Below are positions 12,331 through 24,724 of a stretch of DNA of 64,000 bases, one piece after another. Both the position numbers and the translations under genes were made by a program. Each line of letters starts with the position of its first letter. Position 1 is the first letter of the stretch. The stretch comes from the human T2T-CHM13v2.0 reference genome, Homo sapiens, in assembly GCF_009914755.1 (NCBI RefSeq), contig NC_060928.1; one strand, written 5' to 3'. The notes beneath the pieces are model-generated. The model worked only from the letters and a program-made list of their open reading frames with translations. It searched no databases and was not told the DNA's origin.

Positions 12331-14741
12331 TAGTTAGCTAACGCTTTTATTACTCAGTCTTTTTGTAAAGACTGGTAAATAATTGTTTTCCTTCATGTCT
12401 GTTAAAAACCTAACACAATGCCTCTCTCTCATTGAGTAGAAGAAGCTAAGTAATTTCTTATTCTTAGATTTTTTTTCACACATATTTATTAAGCTCCTTT
12501 TTACAGAAAAGCATTTCACCTTAACTTTGCAAACATTAGGAACCTGCTTTCTGATAGTTCAAAAGGGATATCAAAATCCAGGTTTAAGGGGAGAAAAGTC
12601 TTCATGGATTATTTATAAATTCAGTGCTCTAGATTGTTAGTCAAAGCCACGTCATTTGAAATCTGTTTCATTTTTTGCTGTCAAATAATTAATCAAAAGA
12701 CAGAAATATAAAAAGAAGAAAAGAAAGATGAAAGGCAGATAGAAGAAAGAAAGAAAAAAGAGAGAAAAGAAGGAAAGAAAGAAGGAAAATAAAAAAGGCA
12801 TGAAGTTTGGAAAACAGGAAATAGTAAAAGGCTATGATCTTTCTTACTGTTCATGCATTTGGTTGTGAGCATGAGGTGAAGGATATAAACCTGTGGAGAG
12901 ATTCTCTGAAAGGTGATGATTCTCAAAGCTTTAAAAATGCCTGCCAGGTTGGCAATAGCTTTCAGCATGGCCTCAGATTTGAAGCTTGTCCCAAAACAAG
13001 TGATATCAAGCTTATGCATACTCTAACATTTTTGAGTTTCAGTCATTAGATTTCAGAAAACATATGCAAAATATTCTTCAAAAATTAATTATACAGCAGA
13101 ATAATACTGATGTTGAAATATTAATAAAGGTCCTGAGAGACTGTTCAGTTATTTTTGCTCCAAATATAGTAAATTTCTCCTCATGTATTATACATTGTTT
13201 AAATTTGTGTAACATAAATAATACATAACTTAGTCATTTATTTATAAGAGATACACTTTTTGTTCACCTTTTCTAGTTTCACAGCATACTGTTATTCATA
13301 TTTCTCAGGTAAGCTAATCACCTATGTCAGCTGAGTATTGGTCAATGTGCATAAAATGTGAAACAATTAAAACGACTCATATTAAATTTGATAAATGCTA
13401 AGAAGCATTAAAATGGTTAATTGAAAAGGAAAAGTAAATATGCATAGACTGATCTTCTTGTTATCCAATCCGGCATATTTTAATTTACAAATATACTTTA
13501 TGACTTTGAATTCAGTGCAATGGTAATATAGATAAAAGGTGAATGTTGATAAAATAACAAAACGCAACTTTTAAGATCTTTACAAAGTAAATAATATCTT
13601 TCATTTGTAAAATAATTTTGAGAAACAAGCTCTCAAAAGCAGGATGCAATGTCTTAACAAACACACTTTTTGGAAGGATGTGTCCCATTCAATAAGGATT
13701 CAAAAATTCATCAGATTACCCCACATTAGCAAAACTGTACCTACCTAGTATTCTTTGATTTATGAACGAATCTGAAAGAGGCTTAGGGATAACCGTTTCA
13801 GTGAAATTCTTCCTTCCTTTTCACTTTTTGGAAGTTAAAATTAAAGCAAAATGTGTCTGGGGTGTTCTATTCGGTCTGGTTGCAATCAAATTAGTTCTTT
13901 GATTTGAGCATGATTTCATTTTCACATGAGATGCTATGGAATAGAATCAGAAATAAATTGGCACTGTGTATATAATTCTATTCCCGGCTTTTAGCAAGAT
14001 ATCCACAGGGATTAGCATTTCCAGAGAAATACTATTAATATATAAAACGGAAAAGCTGTAAGTTAGTATTGGTTATTACTCTTAAAAGTAATTTCATAAA
14101 TAGGCATAAGTAAGTCTGTGAGCACAAAATTTTCCTTTCTTAACTCTTTGGATAGACATCAAATCAATAAAATGAGAATTAGCTTTTTTGTGTAATTTTT
14201 TTTTCTAGATTTCCCTTTATTTTATTTTTCATGGTATGACTTTCCCCAGCCCAGAAGCCAATTCAGTTCTAGTAATCACCACATAAAGCCAATGGGGAAT
14301 AGCAGGACAATACTATCAATAGAAGAGCAATCATTTGCACTTTTTGAAAAATTCTAATATAAAACTAGGTAATTGACATACATTTTCATTCAATGAATTA
14401 ATTCTGTGGATTGATTTTTATTTAACCCATTAAATAAACACCATGAGAAAGTTACTCTTATTATTTGCATCTTAACAATAGAAGAAACTAAGGCATAAAG
14501 TGGTTACATGACCCACCAAACTGAAAACAACTACAAATGCTGAAACCAATGCCAATTAATAAAAATAGACACACAGTAAAAGAATGTCTTAACCATTATG
14601 TTATATTAATTCTTCACTTTACTTTTACTATAATTTCTAGGGGCAAGGACCAAATTTTATTTATCTTTAACATTCCCAGTATGGAGTGCCATAGAAAGTC
14701 CATAGAAAAGATAATACTCTATTGGTAAAAGTCTTCTAGAA

Positions 14742-14746
<5 letters not shown>

Positions 14747-14773
<27 letters not shown>

Positions 14774-14788
14774 GTATATATATGTATA
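14747..14788. repeat. (CA)n/(TA)n microsatellite at Alu tail
   Basis: Directly visible, abutting AluJ. Confidence 0.9.
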
Positions 14789-15060
14789 TTTTGGAGACAG
14801 CGTCTCCGTCTGTCACCCAGGCTGGAGTGAAATTGCATGATCGTGGCTCACTGCAGCCTCAGACTCCTGGGCTCAAGTAATCCTCCTGCCTAAGCCTCCT
14901 GTGTAGTTGAGAGACCACAGGCACATGTCACAATGTTCATCTAATTTTTGGGTGTTTTGCTTTGTTTTTTTGTAGAGACAAGGTTTCACTGTGTTGCCCA
15001 GGCTGTTGAACTCCTAGGCTTGAGGGATCCTCCTGCCTCAGCTTCCCAAAGTGCCTGACC
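14789..15060 (-). mobile_element. AluJ element
   Basis: J diagnostics gctcactgcagcctc...ctcctgggctcaag...atcctcctgcc; ~25-bp deletion near Alu 5' end. Confidence 0.92.
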
Positions 15061-15458
15061 AGAGACACATAATATTTACTCAACATTTATGCATTATCAA
15101 CTATGGGCTTTGCAATGACCTTGTTTGAGTAATTCTCAGTGGCCAGATGTGAAGTAGGTTTTGGTCTTCCAGTAGTAATCTATTTCATCATGTTAATTAT
15201 TTAGATTTATTATTAGGCTCCTGCCAGAGTCGTTTTTGGGATTTCCTCCTGGAGCCTAAAGATTTCCTATTGGCTGTTTGTCATTGTCAACCAGTGCACT
15301 GTCTCATTCTTTGGTGTGATTATGAAAGTCCTAATTCCTTGTTGAGGAAAATCTCTAAAAGGATCTCATAATGGATCAGAAGAAAGAAACTGAAATATCT
15401 TGAAGCCCAATGAGGGTCAAAAAGTTCAAGGGGATACTTTCACAGGTGTGTGCAATGT

Positions 15459-15459
15459 A

Positions 15460-15506
<47 letters not shown>
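15459..15506. repeat. (ATCT)n tetranucleotide STR
   Basis: About 11 perfect ATCT units. Confidence 0.97.
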
Positions 15507-15629
15507 GAGAGATCTATGACAGTGTATTCTGTGGCTTCATTGTTTTTGTGGAGTCAGAATAATTCAGTAGATGTCAAGTATTTACACATCCTAAAACTAG
15601 GCGCTCAAATATCTATAAAAAATCATGTA

Positions 15630-15942
15630 ATGGATGAAACTGGAAACCATCATTCTCAGCTAACTATCTCAAGGACGAAAAACCAAACACTGAATGTTCT
15701 CACTCATAGGTGGGAATTGAACATTGAGAACACATGGACACAGGAAGGGGAACATCACACTCTGGGGACTGTTGTGGGGTGGGGGGAGGGGGGAGGGATA
15801 GCTTTAGGAGATATACCTAATGCTAAATGATGAGTTAATGGGTGCAGCACACCAGCATGGCACATGTATACATATGTAACAAACCTGCACATTGTGCACA
15901 TGTACCCTAAAACTTAAAGTATAATAAAATTAAAAAAAAAAA
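15630..15942 (+). mobile_element. 5'-truncated young L1PA (approx. L1PA2-4) 3' end
   Basis: ORF2 C-terminal remnant, G-rich tract gtggggtggggggaggggggagggatag, ends taccctaaaacttaaagtataataa + poly(A). Confidence 0.95.
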
Positions 15943-16067
15943 GACTGTAAAACTACTTTTGCTAGTACTATCTTTTACCTGACTCTAGGCCACGTAAGAA
16001 ACATCAAAGAATTAATCAGAAAGTTGAACAAACTGATAGAGTTTCTGTAGAGAGTTATTGAAGTGCA

Positions 16068-16255
16068 GGCCAGGTGGGGTGGCTCACGCCTACAATCCTA
16101 GCACTTTGGGAGGCTGAGTAGTCCTAGCTACTCAGGAGGCTGAGGCATTAGAATAGCTTGAACCCAGGAGGCAGAGGTTGCAGCGAGCTGAGATCACACC
16201 ACTGCACTCCAGCCTGGGTGACACAGTGAGACTTCATGTCAAAAAAGAAAAAAAT
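16068..16255 (+). mobile_element. AluS with ~110-bp internal deletion, with TSD
   Basis: Left-arm start joined at gggaggctgag|tagtcctagctac to right arm; TSD gttattgaagtgca at 16054-16067 and 16289-16302. Confidence 0.93.
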
Positions 16256-16581
16256 AGAGAAAGAGAGAGAGAGTGTGTGTGTTTGTGTGTTATTGAAGTG
16301 CATTTTGACACCTTTGCAGAGTTTGACGAAACAGGGAGTGGTATTTGGTTTATACTAGGAGAAAGGCTCAACCAGGTAATCTGACTAGTTCAGCCTAACA
16401 AAGCAAAGGTCAGCAGAACAAAAAGAGAATTAAATTAAAAAAAAACCTGTATTTACAGGTTCTGCCAGGATAAGCATATACCAAAATTTAATGTGGTTTA
16501 CTCTTGGGGGAGAGAAGCCCTGTCTATAGACAGATTCATGATGCTTTGTGACCTCAAGGGAAAGTGGCTTGAGGTGGAGCA

Positions 16582-16934
16582 TCTTAGTTTGTTCTGGCTG
16601 CTATAAGTACGATAGGCTGTGTGGTTTGTAAACAACAGAAATGTATTTCTCATAGTGCTGCATGCTGGAAGTCTGAGATCATGGTGTCAGCATTGCCAGA
16701 TTCTGATGAAGGTCCTCTTCTATTGCAGGCTGCTGACTTCCTATTGAATGCTCACATTGTGGAAAGAGGATGAGACAGCTCTCTGCAGCCTCTTTTGTAA
16801 GGGCACTAATACTATTCAGAAGGGCTCTTTCTCATGACTTAATTACCTCACAAGGCCCCATCTCCTATTATTGTCACAATGGGAGTTAAGATTTCAACAT
16901 ATTAATTTTAAAGGCACACAAACGTTCAGTCTGA
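16582..16934 (-). mobile_element. MLT1A-type MaLR solo LTR
   Basis: tcttagtttgttctggctgctataa...aaacaacagaaatgtatttctca...aagggcactaat...tttcaacatattaattt. Confidence 0.85.
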
Positions 16935-17676
16935 TTCCTTGAGCACTTGATATAGAGAAGACAGTGTGTAAGATGCCAGCTGAGGTGGTAACCTCAGTGT
17001 CAAAAGATCCCCAGCAGCATGAGCATGTGTATGTGTGATGCGTTATGTGTGTGAAACTATATAAACTCCTCTTGAAATAAGGTTTCCATATTTGCTACCA
17101 GCAATACCCAGATTATAACTATAACAGTCCAGAAAGAATGTTTATTTCTACTTTTTTTCTTCCTCTGCTCAACCTCCACTCAGGAATTGTTTTAAACATC
17201 AGCTCAGTGAGAGGAAGAGCAGATGAATTGAGAAATAGAGAAAAAAGGGAGCCAACTCTGCTTTATTCCTAACTATAGGTTTCTCAGGCTGAAGTTGACT
17301 CACGCTTACTGGAAGGATAGCATAAGGATGAGATCATGAAGTTTATATATTTTGCTGCATTGAAATCTATTCTTAGAAAAGAGGAAGATTTGCTTATTAT
17401 CTGGCGGTGCTATGGTTTGAATGTCTTCTTCAAAGCTTGTATGTTAGAAACTGAATTCCCAATGCAACAATCTTGAAAGGTTGGAACTTTAAGAAGTGAT
17501 TAGGTCATAAAGGCTCTTCATGAACGGATTAATGTTGTTTTTGCAGAAGTGGGCCTATTGTAAAAGCAAGCTTGGCCCTTTCTTGCTCTCTCTCTCTAGC
17601 CATATGATGCCTTTTACCACACTGCGGCACAGCAAGAAGGCCCTCACTGGATGCAACTCTTTGATCTTGGACCTCT

Positions 17677-19058
17677 TGAGGGGTGACAGTGTGCTGGCAG
17701 CCCTCGCAGCCCTCCATCGCTCTTGGCACCTCCTCAGCCTGGGCGCCCACTCTGGCCGGACTTGAGGAGCCCTTCAGGCCCCCCGCCCCACCCCGCTGCA
17801 CTGTGGGAGCCCCTTCCTGGGACGTCCGAGGCCACAGCTGGCTCCCTCAGCCTGCGGGGAGGTGTAAAGGGAGAGGCAGGGGTGGAAACTGGAGCTGCAT
17901 GCAGTGCTTGCAGGCCAGCTAGAGTTCTGGGTGGGCATGGGCTTGGTGAGCCCTGCACTCAGAGTGGCTGGCTGGCCCCCGGGCAGTGAGGGGCTTAGCA
18001 CCCGGGCCAGCAGCTGCTGAGGGTGCGCCGGGTCCCCCAGCAGTGCTGGCCCACCGGGGCTATACTCGATTTCTCGTGGGGCCTTAGCTGCCTCCACACA
18101 GGGCAGAGCTCAGGACCTGCAGCCTGCCATGCCTGAGCCCCCCAGCCGCCGCCCCCGCCGTGGGCTCCTTCACTGCCCGAGACTCCCTGATGAGTGCTGC
18201 CCCCTGCTCCAGGGCGCCCGGTCCCATCGACCACCCAAGGGCTGAGGAGTGTGGGCTCACGGCGGGGGACTGGCAGGCAGCTCTACCTGCGGCCGGGTTT
18301 GGGATCCACTGGGTGAAGCAAGCTGGGTTCCTGAGTCTAGTGGGGACTTGGAGAACCTTTATGTCTAGCTAAGGGATTGTAAAAACACCAATCAGCACTA
18401 TGTGTCTACCTCAAGGTTTGTAAATGCACCAGTCAGCACTCTGTGTCTAGCTCAAGGTTTGTAAATACACCAGTCAGCACTCTGTATCTAGCTAATCTAG
18501 TGGGGACTTAGAGAACTTTTGTGTCTAGCTCAGGGATTGTAAACGCACCAATCAGCACCCTGTCAAAACGGACCAATCAGCTCTCTGTAAAATGGACCAA
18601 TCAGCAGGATGTGGGTGGGGCCACATAAGAGAATAAACGCAGGCTTCCAGAGCCGGCAGAGGCAACCCGCACATACCTTTTCACAGTGTGGCATCTTTGT
18701 TCTTTTGCTCTTTGCGATATAGCTTGCTGCTGCTCACTCTTTGGGTCCACACTGTAACACTCACCGCGAAGGTCTGAAGCTTCACTCCTGAGCCCAGCGA
18801 GACCACGAACCCACCAGGAGGAATGAACAACTCCAGACGCGCTGCCTTAAGAGCTGTAACACTCACTGCGAAGGTCTGCAGTTTCACTCCTGAGCCAGCG
18901 AGACCACACACCCACCAGAAGGAAGAAACTCCTAACACATCCAAATATCAGAAGGAACAAACCGGGGACATGACGCCTTTAAGAACTGTGACACTGCGAG
19001 GGTCCGCAGCTTCATTCTTGAAGTCAGTGAGACCAAGAACCCACCAATTCTGGACACA
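17677..19058 (+). mobile_element. LTR12 (ERV9, LTR12C/D/E-like) solo LTR
   Basis: Starts tgaggggtgacagtgtgctggcag, GC-rich U3, caccaatcagcac tandem repeats, ends gaacccaccaattctggacaca; perfect 4-bp TSD ctct (17673-17676 / 19059-19062). Confidence 0.97.
18388..18640 (+). promoter_or_regulatory. LTR12 NF-Y (CCAAT) cluster and TATA-like promoter
   Basis: CCAAT at 18388, 18548, 18573, 18597; CCAGT variants at 18429, 18470; AATAAA-type TATA at 18632. Confidence 0.6.
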
Positions 19059-19189
19059 CTCTCAGCCTTCAGAATCGTGATCAGTAAATTTCTGTTCTTT
19101 ATAAATTACTCAGTGTCATGTATTCTGTTATAGGGGCACAAAACAGACTCAGACAGAAGGTAATCAGAAAAGTTATGAGACATTCTGGT

Positions 19190-19638
19190 TCTAAGGAAAA
19201 TATTAGTAAAGCAATATTAGTAAAGCAATGACAGTAAAGCAATATGGAAGACTTTATTCAAGATTTCTATTGTAGATGTCAACACTCTTGCACTAAGCGG
19301 GGAGATGACGTTTCACACTGGATACTACAAAGGCAAGTGGGAATTGATACCCAAGAAGCAGAGTGAAAGAGACCAGTGGATGGAAAATTAATAAGAGAAG
19401 ACATTAAGGGTAGGGATATCTTTGCTAAACCAAATTAACTTTATTTTTGCTGAAGGCAGGCGGGGGAGACCAGATATCACAAGTGATGTGGGGCAGTTCG
19501 CGTTCAAATGATTTAGCATGATTCTTGTTATAACTGAACTAGGCAGATTGAAGAGAGAGCCCAAGATTGAGGCCTATTTTAAAAGAGGGCTCAGAGGATT
19601 CTGATTAAAGTTTATTCAAATAAAGAGTCTTTGTCTCA
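19190..19638 (-). mobile_element. MER31-like ERV1 solo LTR
   Basis: Reverse strand begins ...gacaaagactcttta...aactttaatcagaatcctctgagccctctt, resembling MER31 5' end. Confidence 0.7.
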
Positions 19639-22084
19639 AGGGACTGTAAGAATAGGAGTGGAGCCGAATGGGCGAAAATGAAGCAATAAGATGATCCACA
19701 AGGGAAATAAAGCAGTCACATGAAAGGGCAAATAGTTACTACCAGTTTAACCCTTGTAGAATGCAGCTCTTTAAGTTATATGCATAATTATGATTAGTTT
19801 GTGCCATTCACTGGGTTAAGTGCTTTATGTGCATTATCCTCTTTAAATTCATTTAAATTTAAACAGCAAACATTATTTGCTTTATTTGATAATTAAAATA
19901 ACAAGTTTGAGAGAAAATAAACTAGAATATCATTAGCATAAGTCTGTATTGGCAACTATTGGGCGTAAAAAGACTCTACAGGTGCATTCGAACTTGGGGA
20001 GAGCAAAGAGAATATGGCGCTTTATTACAGGGTTTTAGCAGGAGAATGTCTGTTGATGTTAAGCTAGTTTCAGAAATGGGAAGAGAGAAATCATTCTTGA
20101 GGAGTACTAACCATTGTTTGGGTGGTGTTTATCAAGAGTAGTGAGGAGAACCAGCTGGTAGATCATCTGCAGAGGGAGCGGGGAGAAACTGCAGGGGACA
20201 AGGACTTGTGAAGGTGAAGGATGCAGAGGAAAATTCCTCAGTGTCTCTCACACATGGCTTTCATCTCAGCAAAACTTAAGCATTTATTTCCCGACCATGG
20301 AAAAAATTACTGTGGCAATTTTGATTTGGGGAATGTGTTAGAAGTGTTAGAGATAAATTCCTATCATTATTATCTCTAGTTTTCAACTGCATTCCTTAAG
20401 CCACCTTTAGAAAAACACATTTTGAGTGAAATGTTTTAAAGTTAGTAAGAAACAAGATGTATCCAGCTCTGCGAAGACATGCAGGCATGTGTGCATGCGC
20501 ATGCACACACACAAAGAAAAGAAAGGGGGCAACAAGTGTGCAACACACACACACACACCCCCTATTTGCAAACATTTACAACTTGAGTTTCCCTTGGAGC
20601 ACTGATAACAGCAATTTGGGAACCTTGTGGCTATTTTCAGATAGAAATAACTCTAGGTACGTAGTAAGGACAAGTGTTCTGGAAATGTAATTGTTTCTAT
20701 ATCTCACAGAATAAAAAAGTATTTTGAAAAATGTGGTAGATATTCTATTGTTTTCTGATCATTCATGTAGTCTGACAATATCTTAATTTTAATCTGCAAA
20801 TAGGAAGTCAGGTGTAAGATGAAGTCACAAATAACTGGTTTTTATCAAATAAAAGATAATATCAATTTTGTGGCATTATTTTATATGATGTTCAGAAAGG
20901 AAAATAAAATACTGACAATTAAAATATGACAAATTATTTTCTCATTGAAAATTCCTACTCTTCATCTAATGATCTTTTAGACCTATTTTAACATATACTT
21001 TTTATCATATATCAAACTTGAAACCATGTAAAATGACATATAAATGAAATAAAGTGGTTGAAGTATTCCTAAAACATTTGCTCATTCAAAGATTGTTATT
21101 TCTGAGTCACCTGTTCTCTCTGAGTGATAAATGTCATAGATTTTCCACATAACATCATCTTCTCTGGCATCAAAGCATCTATAGGGTAGAATGTCCTAAA
21201 TGAGTGCACTATCATTCTCTTTAGAATGTTCTTTCGAACTCATACAACTTATTCTGCAAGTTTTGATTAGCAAGCACCTGCTTTGCCACCTCACAACGAC
21301 TGCCCAGATGGTTGTGATTGTCAGACTTTGTAGATGTCATAGATATTAAATGTGAGAAATATGCACCTTGGAATTCAGAAACTGCTGCAAGTGAGCTTAA
21401 TAGTGTCTTTCAAATGTACCCTTAGAAAAAAAAGAACACCTTGTATTTCCTCAGGATTTGATGTAGGATGTAAAATGAGGGGAACAAAGTAACATTTGCA
21501 TTTGAAAGATTTTCATTTAATTCCTCAGTTATAAAGCAGGGAAAAGGTATTGAAACTTTATTTATTTTGTGCTTTCTTACACTGTTGTTCTTTATTTTTA
21601 ACATTATTATTCTTTCCTTTTTGTCTTTGGTTGTCTCTTTTTGTTTCCTCTGTTCTTCTGTTTCTTACCTTCTGAATCTCACAGGTATATAAGTGCCTTT
21701 AAGAGACTCAGTTACCTGTGAGAGCATAAAAATTAGTTCCTAATACGAACTAATTAAAATCATAATTAAACATGAAAAGCCACTCTCATCATTAACTTTT
21801 AAGTTCTCTCAGTCTTTTCTTTTCTCTGCTTCTAAAGAGGATTTGAGATTTCTTTGTTCTATTTCCTCCTCTCTGCCAACCTCTTAGGAAGGTCAGCCTT
21901 GCTAGCTAATTCCTTTGGACTTGCAGCTGAAGGATTCTGAATAAAAGGTCAGTGGCCAATTGTTTGGGAAAGAAAATAGAAGAATAGGGACATAAACTAG
22001 GCTGATTTAAAAAAGCTAGAGGGTTTGAAGGAGTTATACCACATGTTATGGTATCATGTGTCATGTGTTTAAAAAAATACCAAC

Positions 22085-22145
22085 GTGTTCTAGTTATTTG
22101 GCAATATAGGAAATATGTGTTCTAGTTATTTGGCAATATAGGAAA
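22085..22145. repeat. Tandem duplication, 32-bp period
   Basis: gtgttctagttatttggcaatataggaaa at 22085-22113 and 22117-22145, identical. Confidence 0.95.
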
Positions 22146-22541
22146 CTCGAGCCATTGGGAAAGTAAGTCTGTTTATTATTTTAATGTTGCTTTGACTGAC
22201 ACACCTTAATGAGAATTTGGTTATATGGGTCACAAGTTTATAAATGGTACCAATGATCCCCAATTCAAATGCATTCGGTGAGCCATACAGAAAGAAAATT
22301 TTTTAAAAGGTATTTTCATTTAGAGAAACACAGTGAATGTGGGAAACTGAAAAAGACATGCTCTAACTAAAAATACTCAAACTCCACATTTTACTAACAC
22401 CTTGGACAAACACAATTGTAGCCTTAACCCAGCTGAAGGTAGACACTGTGAAACTTCACACATTACACATTTTTAAAATAACTTTTGATCACACTTGATA
22501 TGGAATACAAATTAAGAGAAAATAAACAAAGAATTTGAAGC

Positions 22542-23013
22542 TGTGGTATAAGACTTAAAATTAAGGCTTGATATTATCTGCTGTCTTGACATCTGGTTGG
22601 ACCTTGATTGACCTAACCACAAATTCCTCTCCCCATTTTGCTCTGGATAAGGGTCTTCTAGCCAAAAATCCCTCCTTTTCAATGGGATTTGAGTAGCAGG
22701 TTTTATTTCCCTGTCAGCATATGGAATGATTCAAATAAGTCACTCATATTCTTTCATGGGTCACCTCTATCCTCTTGATACTACGAAGTCTGCCTCCCAC
22801 TGTCCCCAGTTGGTCACTGCTTCTAAGTGCAACCCCTGGGAGATCCTTTGTGGCAGTCAGCAGGCACCTCGCATAAACTGTGAGTATACGTGACTATTAA
22901 ACTGCTGTTAATTTCATCTGTCTAGTGCCAGGTGTTGTATGTGTTTGGCCATCCCCATAATCGTAGGGCAGAAATCCCTTCCTCTCCAATGGGGTGAAAA
23001 GAAGTTGACTAAA
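22542..23013 (+). mobile_element. ERVL-type solo LTR (MER54/73/74 group)
   Basis: aaaattaaggc...tgctgtcttgacatctgg...gtgagtatacgtgactattaaactgctg...ccatccccataa; family from memory. Confidence 0.55.
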
Positions 23014-23894
23014 GTAGAGAAAGTAGTGTCATACAGAAAAAAGTTTTAAAAATTATGTGTTGACGTGAATGAGTGCTCCTGATTAAGAACAAATACAAGA
23101 ATTACTACAACATTTTCATGGTTTCAATTGTTTTCAAAGAGTGCAGATGCCTCCAAATACTAAAAATTATATAAGCGAACTTCACAAAATCAGTAAATCT
23201 CTATTCCATGAAGGGGAAGATGTTTTGCAACACTTAGAGTGTAAAAATAAGTACCAAATTATTTCTGAAGGGCTGTTTTTGCACACATCCTTTCCTTGAG
23301 CCTTCTGGAGAGTTTGGTTTTTAGCCTCCGGTAGCCTGAAACTGCCTCAGGACAGAAATGTCTTCACTGCTCCCTCCTTTCATTATCCTGCCTCTAGGCT
23401 GTGTTAAGAGGAAAAGATAGTGTCTTGGTTTACTATAACTTGTAGAAAGTTTTGCCTGTCTGGTTGTTTAGAGAAAGGTATTGGGGATTTGCTTATGTGT
23501 TGCTTCACAAGTATTACTATATCACACTTAAAAAAAACAGTCAGATAAGTCACCATGTGTATATTGCAGAATGATGTGAGCTCACCAAGGGCAAAATGTT
23601 TTGTTCCTTAATCTTTGCATTTGTGAAACTTGTATAATGTTTAACATACAAAAGCTACTCAATAAATATTTTCTGACTGAATATAAATGTATATTATATA
23701 TTTGCTAACACTATATATATATATATATAATGTGTTAGGTAAATTATGTAGCTATTATTATTAAGCAATTTTACTTATATTTTTTGTCATTTCCTTTTAA
23801 TAATTTCTTATAACATTTGTCATTACAATCAATATATCTCATAGTTATCATGTTAACTATTTCTTTTTTCTTTCTTTTTAACTGATTTTGTTAG

Positions 23895-24251
23895 TGTTGT
23901 GGTTTGGGTGTGTCCCCACCCAAACCTCATCTTGAATTGTAGCTCCCATAATCCCCACATGTCATGAAAGGGACTTGGTGTGAGGTAATTGAATCGTGGG
24001 GTGGTTATTTTTTGTGCTGTTCTCGTGATAGTAAGACTCATGAGATCTGATGGTTTTATAAAGGGCAGTTCCCCTGCATACATTCTCTTGCCTGCTACCA
24101 TGTAAGACATGCCTTTGCTCCCCTTTCTCCTTCCCATGATTGTGAGACCTCCCCAGCCATGTGGAACTGTGAGTCCATTAAACCCCTTTTTCTTCATAAA
24201 TTACCCAGTCTTGGGTATTTCTTCATAGCAGTATGAGAATGGACTAATACA
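23895..24251 (+). mobile_element. THE1 (THE1C/D-like) solo LTR
   Basis: gtgtccccacccaaacctcatcttgaattgtagctccc...gtgagtccattaaacc...ggactaataca; TSD gttag/gttaa. Confidence 0.92.
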
Positions 24252-24724
24252 GTTAAATTACACACAGTCTTACATGTTAAAGCAAATAAATGTTGTTGTT
24301 GTCAAGCTAGTCTGTCACCACAAAGAACAACAGTGAATGCACCTTAAATGGCCTTAAAGAGCCTTTTCACAATTAACGACCATTAGAGTTGATCAACACA
24401 TGCTTACACTTTGTGCCTTTGTAATGAACAGCTTTTTAAATTTTTTGAGGCTTCCTTCTTAGAATAAAAACTATAGAATGATGACATCGGTAAGTAAATG
24501 TAGAACAATTATATTTCATGTGTTCTTTTTCTCTGGAGAACCATAACCAATGCATTGGCAGAAACAAAATTAGAACAATGCTTCTCTTTCCATGTAACCC
24601 GAGATTCCTTGAATTCTGGGGATACAACAAACTCAAATTACGCTGTTCTATTTTCTACTTTATTATGTGCAAATCTTTCTGTACTCGTGTGTGTGTGTCT
24701 GTGTGTGTTTCTGCCAAACATCAC

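Larger units (their letters stand above)
17408..19155 (+). mobile_element. MST-type (MSTD-like) MaLR solo LTR interrupted by LTR12
   Basis: Starts tgctatggtttgaatgtc; breaks at gatcttggacctct; resumes cagccttcagaa...taaatttctgttctttataaattac...gactcagaca. Confidence 0.85.

Noticed and set aside
15450-15830. 126-aa ORF
   Set aside because: Composite of (ATCT)n STR and an L1 3' end read outside the ORF2 frame
17520-19080. Cluster of overlapping GC-rich ORFs / apparent CpG-island gene
   Set aside because: Fully explained by the LTR12 and its host MST LTR; high GC lowers stop-codon frequency
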